A stretch of DNA of 64,000 bases from Rebecca billardiae RCC1528 (lineage: Eukaryota > Protista > Haptophyta), in NCBI GenBank assembly GCA_965240325.2, contig OZ251223.1:1426001-1490000 (forward strand), read 5' to 3'. Under the pieces are notes generated by a model. The model saw only the letters and a program-made list of their open reading frames with translations, did not search any database and was not told the origin of the DNA. This document shows positions 34,134 to 43,981 of the stretch, one piece after another. Both the position numbers and the translations under genes were made by a program. Every line of letters starts with the position of its first letter. Position 1 is the first letter of the stretch.

Positions 34134-34955
34134 TCACCTCGACATGTAGACGATGGGTGACGAGCCTGTTGCTGAGTCACTGCGTGTGGTCGTCGGCGGT
34201 TTGGCAGTGGCGGCGGCCTGCAGCACGTCTCCGTGCCGTCGGGCTCCGGCACAGGCATCCGGCTCTCCGCAAAGGGGCGCATCCATTGTGCGGCTCATTT
34301 CTGCGACGTCATCCAGGGGCTCGTCGCACGCCGCGTCGGTCGTGAGCTCGTGGCTGTGCCGCTCTGAGCCGAAGCGCTGCCATTCGCTCGCCGCGCCGGT
34401 GCTGTGCGAGTCCTCGCGCACGAGCCAGTGGTCCGCGGTGCGCAGGCGCGTGCGCTCCATCTTCGCCTCGGGGAACGAGCGCCGGGCGGGCGCGCGCGCC
34501 GGCGATGGCTCGCGTGCGGAACACCACGAGTGCTCCTCGCTCGTCACTCGCGTCGCTGAGGCGGCGAGTGACTCGAACGAGCCCGAGCACGACGCCACCT
34601 TTGGCATGCCCGCGAGTGCGTTGGGTACACAGCGCGTGTAGGACGGCGGCGTGTGTGAGGACTTGCCGAGGCGGTCGCGCGACAGTGTGGGGCTCACGCT
34701 GGATGACCTCGTTCGGTCGCCATCGCGTTCACGAACGCCACTTTCCGAGCCCGACTCGTCCTCTGGCTCGCTCATCGGCCCTTCCAGTGGCGGCTGACGC
34801 CGGGCCCAGAGCGCGGCGCATCGCGCGGTCGCGTCGGTGTTGGTCGGGGTGAGGTTGCCCGAGCGGCGTCGCTTGAGCTTGGCAAGCGTGCGCATGCCCG
34901 GGGGCGTGGTCGCCAGCGAGAGCGAGGCAAGCACGGCGGCAGGGCTATTGCTCAT
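34134..34955 (-). CDS. Hypothetical Ser/Arg-rich disordered protein
   Basis: ATG-initiated 273-aa ORF flanked by AT-richer DNA; KLKRRRS possible NLS. Confidence 0.55.
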   Translation of the reverse strand: MSNSPAAVLASLSLATTPPGMRTLAKLKRRRSGNLTPTNTDATARCAALWARRQPPLEGPMSEPEDESGSESGVRERDGDRTRSSSVSPTLSRDRLGKSSHTPPSYTRCVPNALAGMPKVASCSGSFESLAASATRVTSEEHSWCSAREPSPARAPARRSFPEAKMERTRLRTADHWLVREDSHSTGAASEWQRFGSERHSHELTTDAACDEPLDDVAEMSRTMDAPLCGEPDACAGARRHGDVLQAAATAKPPTTTRSDSATGSSPIVYMSR

Positions 34956-36282
34956 CGTGACGGGCGCGGTGGGCGCCAGGGTTGTCGTGGTTGCTGGTGC
35001 GTTGGAGCTACTTCGGTAGGTCGCGAGTACTCTGGTAGAGTCGTAGGTGGGCGAGGGTACCTAAGAATGTGGGCGGGGTTCCACCTCAATAATTGTGTCG
35101 GCCGATCTGACAATCTCGGCGGTGATGAAAGCCGAGCACGTATTCCGGACTGGTTCATTACCGCGTTCATTGGCCACTCAAAGAGGAAGAGCTGGCCGGG
35201 AAACAAATTCTACCACAATCTCGGGCACGTGAGATCTCAATCGCGTGCGAGATCGTCGGCTTGGGGGGGTTTATAACCGGGATGTGTGGTTGTGGTGATT
35301 GTCCGGGTATGGCGCGCGATGATTTTCTGTAGTCCCGAGCACGTAAACGCGGCTATCTCTCTTCTCCCGAGCTGACTTTGGAGAGTTGTAAACGCCACGC
35401 TGACGAGCTCGATGGAGAGATCGCTCGAAATCCAAACCCGAGACATAGGACTGTATTCAACGTTACAAGTGATGAATAATCGCTGCATGGTTGTGATGCA
35501 AATCACGGCTGTAGGTAGGCCAACTCTTTTTAACTCCCCGGCTAATAATGGGTCAACGACGCTTGGTCAACCAAAAATCTGGCGAAATCTGCGTAATTAT
35601 CTTTCAGCAGACTGTCTTTTTCGGGACTATGGTAAGCACCAGATCGACATCTTGCCAGATCGACATCTGCCGCGCTCCGGACTTTGGTTGGGCGCGACGA
35701 ACGAAAAGCGATGGCGGGCGTGACTGCGCCTCGCGCACTCGGCCTTTGGGTGGTGTGCTCGCGACGTCGGCGTTGTTGGGGCGGTCGAGCCGGCGGGCAC
35801 AGGGAGGCCGTCAAAGTCGACGAGCGTTCGCTCGCGCGACGCGGCCGCGGGCGTTCGGATGGTCCAGCCAGCACTCGTCCCCGCGCTGCGGCGTGTCGTC
35901 GTCCGTCCGGGCAGCGGCCGCGGCGCCGCAGAGCACGGCCAGCTCTGCAGGGACATGCACTGCTCCATGATCGTCCAGCTGGCATCGAACCGTCTCGCTG
36001 CACATCCGCTGACGTTCGCCTCGGATGCGGCCGCGCGCCGCCGCTCGAGCTCGCCCTTCGGCTGTCGGCAAGACAGGGACTCGATCGGGCAGCTCAGCAT
36101 GAGATGACGATGACGCCGCAGCTCCAGCACGTGCAGGGCGCGCGGGTGGCTTGCCAACCGCGTGCTATGACCGGCGTTGGCCTTGCCAGCTGCATAATCT
36201 ATGACAACGCGCTGACCTCGAGCGCATGGTCGCGCGGGGCCGAACAACAAGAGCACTATGCAGCACTCTTACAAGCCGCCTC

Positions 36283-36631
36283 ACCGAGTTGTCAACGCAG
36301 CCGGCCCGGCACGACTGCCAGGCGAGCGGGGCTCCGAGGTGTCCTTGTCAATGCGGTGGTGCCCGCGTGATCCTTTGCCCGATGGTCCTGGCGCCCCCAC
36401 CCAGGACGAGTGGGGCCGAACAACACTTTTAGCAGCACTCTCCCGAGCCGCGCCTCAGCCGTCAACGCGCGAGCCGCGCCTCAGCCGTCAACGCGCAGCG
36501 CCGGCCCGGGCACGACCGTGCCACGAGCGGGGCTCCGAGTTGCCTCCTTGTCCCGAATGCTGTGGTGCCCGCACCGGATCCTTTGCCCGATGGTCCGGCC
36601 GCGCCCGCCCGGGACGAGCGGGGCAGAACAG
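36283..36631. repeat. Diverged tandem duplication (~145-bp units) with a nested 26-bp duplication
   Basis: GATCCTTTGCCCGATGGTCC and surrounding sequence occur twice; GAGCCGCGCCTCAGCCGTCAACGCGC x2. Confidence 0.7.
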
Positions 36632-36972
36632 CCTGGTAGTGGTTTAGATGATACCGTTCATCCCCCCTGCCCCCCGGCCCCGGACCAGGGCGACCACGCG
36701 CACGACGGTGAGTCGGGTGAGTCAAGGGTTGGTCCGTCAGTGCGGTCCGGCCAAGGGCCGTAGTCCGGCTGCAGACTGGCCAGCTGCCCAGTGCCCAGAC
36801 CACGCCTCCCTTCGCCAAGTCCCTTGGTGTCCACGACTGACTGACTCTGCACGAGTGCATATCCGGACCTACTCCGCTGGGCGCTGGCGCGACCGAGCCA
36901 CCCGGACCTCCTGCCGCAAACGGGATACCCCCGCTCGCGGCCGAGTGGCGGTGCGGTGCGTCACCGAGAGGC

Positions 36973-38013
36973 ATGATGCTCCTCCTCGCGCTCCTACTCG
37001 CGAGCGAGGGGGTGGCGGGGGGCGGCTCGTGCGCGCGTGGGCACGTGGGCGCACGCGAGGGTGCGGCGAGGGCCGGCTCGTGCGCGCGCGCTCACGTGAG
37101 CGCTCCCAGACGCGTGTCAGCCGTGGGGTCCACGCTGATGCCCGCGTCCGCGAGGGTGAGGCGAGTGCCGCACGTGCGGCGAGCTGCCGTCCAGTGCAAG
37201 GGTCGGTGGGGGTACCGCAAGTTCGACGTGAGCATGTGGTATCCGAACGCAGACCTGTCGTCGCCCGCGGACGCCGAGTGGATCAGCGCGTATGCCCCGC
37301 ATCACACCAAGCTGCAGCAGCTCGAGCTCGAGGTGGAGCGCTGCGAGTTCCTGCTGGACGAGGCGGTCGCCAAGGAGTCGTACGACGAGGCCGAAGGGCT
37401 GCGCGAGCGCATCGAGCGGCTGCGGGCGACACACCCGATCTGGTCGGTCGAGGAGGACCTCTCCGACGCGATCGTCCGCGGCGACTTCGACACGGCCCAG
37501 CGCCTGCACTCGCGGCTGGAGGACATCCGGTGGAACCTCGGGCTGCCACGGTTTCTCGTCGGCCAGGTGGTCCAAAACAGGCAAGGCGACTGGCGCGGCG
37601 TCGTCGTCTCCGTCGACCTGCACTGCCAGATGGACGAGCGGTGGCTCAAGGAGGCGTACGAGGCGAACGCGCTGCGGCTCGATGAGCACGCAGCCAACGC
37701 GCAGCCGTGGTACACCTGCCTCGTGGACGTGCGCGATGACGAGCTCACGCCTCGCGAGCTCTACACGCACCAGGTGAACCGCTACTCGCAGGAGACGCGC
37801 CCGCCCGTGTACCTGCCGCAGGAGGCCATCGCGGTTTGCCAGGACGACAATGCAGGCTTCGAGCACCCGCTGCTGTCCTCCCTCTTTGAGTCCGCAACCG
37901 CCGCGCCTGCGCCGTCTGGCACGCCGGTCGGCCTCGGCGTGCGCTTCAAGCCGACGATCAAGTTGCGATTCTGGCAGCGTGCGCAGCATGCGCGCCTGCA
38001 GAGGCGGCGATAG
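36973..38013 (+). CDS. ClpF-like plastid protein: two UVR motifs + YccV/HspQ domain
   Basis: LDEAVAKESYDEAEGLRERI and LSDAIVRGDFDTAQRLH (UVR); FLVGQVV...WRGVVVSVD...QPWYTCLVD...YLPQEAI...FEHP (YccV); signal + transit-like peptide. Confidence 0.82.
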   Translation: MMLLLALLLASEGVAGGGSCARGHVGAREGAARAGSCARAHVSAPRRVSAVGSTLMPASARVRRVPHVRRAAVQCKGRWGYRKFDVSMWYPNADLSSPADAEWISAYAPHHTKLQQLELEVERCEFLLDEAVAKESYDEAEGLRERIERLRATHPIWSVEEDLSDAIVRGDFDTAQRLHSRLEDIRWNLGLPRFLVGQVVQNRQGDWRGVVVSVDLHCQMDERWLKEAYEANALRLDEHAANAQPWYTCLVDVRDDELTPRELYTHQVNRYSQETRPPVYLPQEAIAVCQDDNAGFEHPLLSSLFESATAAPAPSGTPVGLGVRFKPTIKLRFWQRAQHARLQRRR

Positions 38014-38965
38014 CATGTTTGACCCACGTACGGTCACCCGCCAGGCAGAGTGTCGCCTCTGCAGGCACGGTCACACTCGCCACTACACTGTCACTCACGT
38101 CTCACTGAGTCACTATTTAAAACCGTGCTGTGAACGTCACTGTTTAAATAATTATGGCGCACGGCCCCCCCCCCGAAAGGTCTGAGCGTGAGCGAAAGCC
38201 GGGGGGGGGGGGGGGGGGGGGGGCGGCGCACGTGCTCCGCAAAATCAAAAAGAGGATGCGCGCAGGATTTTGGGGATTTTTCCGGTAGGTGGCCACCGCG
38301 TATGAGTGGATATCGCTGCCGCAATGATTGCGTTTGTACTGCCCCTTAATTTTAACGATAGTAACACTTAGGGGAATGCAGGGTGGAATAGCACATAACA
38401 CCAGCCGTGTGTTAGAACATTCCGTCATACTAAGATGCCTGAATTGTAAGAGCCTGAAACAGCTCGCCAACCATAGAAACGATAGGTCGCCGTCAGCTTT
38501 GATTCACGCGCTTCTGAAAAACAGCGTTTTAGATTAGACGCATCCCTCTTCTCTTAAGAGAACTGCGCTTCAAAAACACCGTTTCAACGAAAGACGATCG
38601 CCCGCCATTCAACTGAAACGAGATTCTGCATAAAGCGAACCAAACATTTGGTTCGGTGGCAATCCAATTCTTGTATTTCAGATGAACGACACAGCCTGAA
38701 GGCGAACATTCTCGCTCTCGACCCATATGATCATTTGTTGATGAGGCCTGAATTCGCTCATCAACAATGATGGCAGCGACGCGATATTAATATATATGGT
38801 ATTGCGCGGGTAGCTTGAATCGACGTTCCCGCGCGCCCTGGTTCATACGGTTATCAAGGTGGTAAAGTTTTATAATGGTACGAGCTAACGAACCGTCATT
38901 TCTGGGCTCTCTGCCTATCTCATCTCTGTCCGTTTTTGGACGGTTGTCGCCTTAATCACATACTC

Positions 38966-39450
38966 AAGGGTCACGAGGGGAGGCGGCCCGACCTTCGCCG
39001 GGCCGCTCGCGCCGGGCGCTCCTGCGGCCGTGAGGTCGGGTAGTGCGGAGGCGGCGCGGGGCTTGAGCCGTCGCAGAGCCTCCCGGCGCTCCTCGCTGCG
39101 CCGCGCGCCCGGGCGCGCCGTCGCAGCTGCGCACGCATGACTCGAAGAGTCGAAGGGTCACGAGCTCGGAGAGGCGGCCCGACCTTATTCGCCGGGCCGC
39201 TCGCGCCGGGCGCTCCTACGGCCGTGAGGTCGGGTTGCGGAGGCGGCGCGGGGCTTGAGCCGTCGCAGAGCCTCCCGGCGCTCCTCGCTGCGCCGCGCGC
39301 CCGGGCGCGCCGTCGCAGCTGCGCACGCATGACTCGAACGGAGTCGAAGGGTCACGAGCTCGGAGAGGCGGCCCGACCTTCGCCGGGCCGCTCGCGCCGG
39401 GCGCTCCTGCGGCCGTGAGGTCGGGTTGCGGAGGCGGCGCGGGGCTTGAG
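38966..39450. repeat. ~190-bp GC-rich tandem array (about 2.5 copies)
   Basis: AAGGGTCACGAG... units at about 38966, 39153 and 39347. Confidence 0.9.
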
Positions 39451-39451
39451 C

Positions 39452-40774
39452 GCGGAAGCGGTGGTGCGAGGCCGGCTCGGCGCGGCGGGGCGCACGCTCG
39501 ACGCGCGGCAGGCCGAGGCGGTGCGCTCGGCACACGGAGAGACGCCGAGCGCGCTGCACGCCGTGCTGCTCGCCGACGCGGCGGCGGAGTGGCGCTCGGG
39601 CGAGCCGCCGCCCGCGCACCTGCCCGCCGACGCGCGCGCCGCCGTCGCCGCCACCTTCGAGCGCGTCGAGCGGCTGCACGGCGCGATGCTCGTGCGTGCG
39701 GCGCCATCTGCGCGTCGCGCCGCGGCCTCTCGAGTGCCGAGCTGGAGGACTCGCTCCCTCTGCACGAGGACGTGCTGGGCGTCCGTGTTCGAGTTCTGGG
39801 TGCCGGCGGTGGTGCGGCTGCCCGTGTGGCTCGCCGTGCGCGACGCGCTTGGCTCGCTGCTCGCCGGCGGCGACGGCCCTTTGCGCTGGTACCACCGTCA
39901 TCAGGTGGCCGAGGCGGCGGCGGCACGGTGCGCCCGCGCGGCCGACGCGCACGCGCTCGCGGATTTCTGGGCTGGCACGTGGGCGGGCGAGGCCGCCAAA
40001 CCGCTGCGCCACCCGAAGGCCACCGGCGGCGAGGACGGGCGGCGGCGCGTCGCGCCGCAGCCCCTGCTCCTCTCCGCCACGCGCCTCGGCCTTCGCCGGC
40101 CGCAACGCCGCCGTGCTCAATGTGCGCCGGTGCGAGGAGCTAGTGCAAGCGCTGCTCGCGGCCGGGCGCGCCGCCGACGCGGCGCGCGAGCTCACCGACG
40201 CGGGCGCGGACGGGTGGGAGGCGCGCGCGCGGCACGGCCTCGAGACCAAGTACGTGCGCGACCTCGCGGACACGGCCGCGGCGCTCGCCGACGCCGACGC
40301 GCGCGGCGGCGGCGGCGGCGAGCCGGGCGCGGCCGCGCGCGCGGAGGCTGCAGCGCTGCGCGCGCGCGTCGCAGACTGGCTGCAGCTCGCGCGGCTGAGC
40401 GCCTCCGCCGCCGCCGCGGCGCCGGGCCGCTGCCTCGCGCTGTGCCTCGAGCAGCCGGTTGGCTCGGCGCCGCACGAGTCCGCGTGGGCGCGGCGCGCGC
40501 CGCGCGCCGCGCACCCGGCCGCCCGCGCCAGCTGGGCGCGCGGGCGCGAGCACTGCGCGCGAGCGCCCCTGCTCGCCGCGCGCGGGCCGTGCGAGGCTGT
40601 GCTGCTAGCGCACGCCGGCTGGGTGGAGGCGGTCGCACTCTCGGCCGACGGGCGCGTCGCGGCGAGCGCGGGCGACGACAGCGACGCGGTCGTGCGGCTG
40701 TGGGCGTGGGACACCGCCGAGTCGCCTGCGTGCGCGCGCTCGAGGGGCACTCCGGCTGCGTGAAGACTGAATGA
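39452..40774 (+). pseudogene. Frameshifted fragment of an NWD1/NWD2-type NACHT-WD40 (STAND/NLR-like) gene
   Basis: Across frames: AAGRTL..EWRSG..FERVERLHG / ICASRRGLSSAELEDSL / FWVPAVVRLP..LRWYHRHQVAEAA..LADFWAG..VAPQPL / LNVRRCEEL..; WD40 AHAGWVEAVALSADGRVAASAGDD..VRLW, then LEGHSGCV*. Confidence 0.72.
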
Positions 40775-41482
40775 ATGAAGAGCCGCGACACGGCGCAGCC
40801 CCCCGAGGCTGTCGATCGCGCGTCGATTACTCGCGCCCGCGCCTCCTGCACGGCGACGCGCCGGGCGCGCGCATCGTGATTCGGTGAAGAACGCGACCGA
40901 ACTACCAGGGCCGTGCGCCCTCAACTTCGTTGTTTACTACCCGAAGATCGGCGTAGCCGATCATATAATAAATAACACCGTGATGCTGCTACTATTTAAA
41001 ACCGTGCTGTGTCATTGACACTGTTGAAGCATGGCGCCATGTGTGATGTGATCCGATCGTCGGATTCGTCGGATCGACGGCGGATGCCATGATCATGATG
41101 CCACCGACACATCATGCGATGTATAAATTAAATAGTATAATGTCGTATATCTGACGCCGACGAGTAACTATGACGACTTGAGCAACAGGTGCCATGCGCA
41201 TGTATCATATATAATATCATCGGTTATTAACGACAGGAACAAAGGCCAAGGGCAACCTTGAGGCAGGGCGTAAGGCGTAGGCTGACAGCGCGCCGAGTCA
41301 GCGTGACTGCCTGTCCGGGACAGGCATCGAACGGCAATCGGCATGCCGAGCCGTCACGCCGCCGCAGGCAGAGAAAGCCCGGCATCGCAGTGCTCATACC
41401 ACGGCCGCGCAGGCGCCCCCGGAGCGCCTCAAGGTGGTCGCGTCGCACACGTGACGATGACCATCGCGCAGACGCCGTAGAC

Positions 41483-42917
41483 CTACTCGTTGAACTCCCA
41501 GACGTTGATCGCGTGGTCCATGCCCGCGCTGAAGAAAGAGTTCCCGGGCCCGAGGCAAAGGGCCCTGCACGGCTGCTGGTGCTTCAGCAGCAGGCCACGT
41601 CTTTCGAACTTGGGCACCTGCGCGGCGCAGCCCGCACACGCGCCGAGGCGGGCGCACGAGGCAGAGCACGCTCAGTCACCAACGTGCCGGCGGAGATGTA
41701 CGCGCGCGAGCGGGGGTGAGAGAGAGCGCAGGCGGACACACCTCCCACAGCTTAATCGCGTTGTCGCTGCACGCAACGACGAGAATGGCGTTCCCGGCGG
41801 CGTCGCTCGCCACCTTGAGCGACGTGACAGCCGAGGGCTTGCGGTCGCGGTCGGTGACGAGGTGGGTGTAGATGACAGCCATGCCCTGCGTGGTGTCGTA
41901 CACTGCGCGTGCGGAGCGCGCGCCCGCCGCGCAGCGCGCGCCAGCCCGCTTCAGATGGAGAGGGGCGGCTGCGGCGCGGCGGGCGAGGGCGCGGCGCGTG
42001 CGCGTGCGCAGCGGCGCACCGAAGACGTTGCCGTCGAGGCCGGCGCTGAAGAGGTACACGTCGAAGAGGGTGAGGCCGATCATGAAGTCGCCGTGCTGCG
42101 TCGGGACGGACGCAACGCCCTGCCCGGTCGACAGGTCCCACTGCTTGATCGTGTTGTCACGCGAGCAGCTGTACAGCATGGTGCCGGCGACGCACAGGTC
42201 GTGGACCGGCGCCGTGTGGCCCTGCAGCACCCCCACCAGCGCAAACTGCCCGCTCGCCGGGTCCTGCTCCGCGCGCGAGCCCGCGCCGCAGCGCAGCCGG
42301 CAGCCAGCGTGAGCGTGCAGGGGCCGCGCCGGCCGGCCTCCAGCGCGACGGCGGCGGCGGCTGCGAGCGCGACGGCCGAGGCGCGGCGCGCGGCGCGCGG
42401 CGCGCACCATCTTCCAGCATCGGATCCCCGCGTCGTGCCCCGCGGTGAAGAGCATGCCGTTGCCCTGCAGGATGGTGTACACGGGGCCGTCGTGGCCGGC
42501 CAGGTCCTGCGTCGCGTTGCTCTCCATGTTCCACACGCGCACGACGTTGGGTGCGCCGGTCTTGCCCATGCCGGCGACGAGCCAGTCGTCCTCGACCATG
42601 AGCGAGTTCACGGGCTGCCCCACCTCGAGCGCGCCCTGCTGCTGGAAGTTGCCCTCAGGCCAGCCCCAGATGCGCACGCTGCCGTCCGACGAGCCCGAGA
42701 AGAGCTGCTGGCGCTTCTGCGAGCATGCTAGGCAGTTGATCGTCTGCCGGTGGCCGGTGAGCGTGCGCAGGTGATTCACCTTCGCGTTCGCCCCCGCGCC
42801 CCGGCCGCCGCCTCGTCCGCTCCCGACGTTGCTCCATCCCCGCCCGCCGCCGCGGGGCACATACGAGCGGCCGCCGCCGCGGAACCCGCCGCCGCGGCCG
42901 CGGCCCCTGTAGTCCAT
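41483..42917 (-). CDS. RGG-box WD40 protein, similar to the WD40 part of plant ZFWD proteins; introns 42264-42407, 41903-42019, 41618-41741
   Basis: MDYRGRGRGGGFRGG; GH...WD repeats; C-terminal YTH...ILVVACSDNAIKLWE|VPKFERRG...GPGNSFF pattern. Confidence 0.88.
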
Positions 42918-43981
42918 GCCGCCGCCACCACCACCGACGGCGAACGGGCTCCGGATGGCCCCCTCAGACGCACACCCGCCGCCGAGCGCCGCGGACCACC
43001 GCTTCCCGCGAGGTCGGCTGGACAGCACGTGGACACGCGCGCCAGCGCTCGGCAGCAATCTGCTCGGCACACCGCTGGAGCCGACGCCACGTCAAACAGT
43101 TCAGGTGTGCACTTGCTGGCACGATGGCGGCCGTGGCGCGCGCAGCAGCAACCAGCAAGCATGAACAAGGATCATGAACAAGGGTGGCCCCTCGAGGCCA
43201 ACCATCGACGCTTGGACGCCTACGGCCGCGCCGAGCGACGACGTCGAGCGGGCGCGCGCGCGCGGCACGACAGGTAGACTCCCGGCGAAGCTTGCTGCGC
43301 GGCAAGCTGTCTGAGGGCGTGCTGCGATGCGCGTGAGGCGGCGGCGCGTGCCTGGGGAGGGGCGGCCGCGCGGGCGAGCACGCGTGGCAGGGCGTCCGCG
43401 TGCTCGGGCCGTCCCGGTCCGTGCCCGGGCGGTCCGTGCCCGACGGACTGCCATCGTCATCTAAGTACTGATGGGGTGTCACACTGTCACTGGGTGGCCA
43501 TTAGTCGTCACGGCGAATCAGTCAGTTATTTTAAATTGTCAATTGCTGATTGATGAAACCGCAGCCTGTGCCTGTGGTGTCAAAGGTCGCATTCCGTTGC
43601 CGCATTGCCGCAGGCGGATGACAATGCTCAGATTGGCGCGCTCGGGACACTGACCGGCGGGCTTTTATTGTTCACCTGCCGGCCAGCAAGTCTGGAAAGT
43701 GGAACTGGAAGTCAGCAACGGCGCGCACTGACGCGGGCGCGATCGCCCGATGGGGCGATGGGCGACGAACGTACACATCTGACTGACATGCTACGCATCA
43801 TGCTTCCACTGCGATGTCAAGCGTGAGGGACGGTTGAATCGGTTAATCGGTAGGTTGATTCCAAACCGTGAAACCGCGCGTCACCCGGGGCAGCCCACAG
43901 CCGTGGCCGCGCGCTCGCCGCCGACGGCGCGGGGCACCGCGCCTCGCGCGACGGCAGCAGCGCACTCGGGCTGGGCGCCCC

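Noticed and set aside
35050-36280. ORFs in the 35-36 kb interval
   Set aside because: No domain signal or consistent codon bias, so a gene call cannot be supported
38730-38771. Hairpin ATCATT(T)GTTGATGAG...CTCATCAACAATGAT (a similar one lies at ~10724-10768)
   Set aside because: Isolated stems in probable repeat-derived DNA with no ncRNA family features
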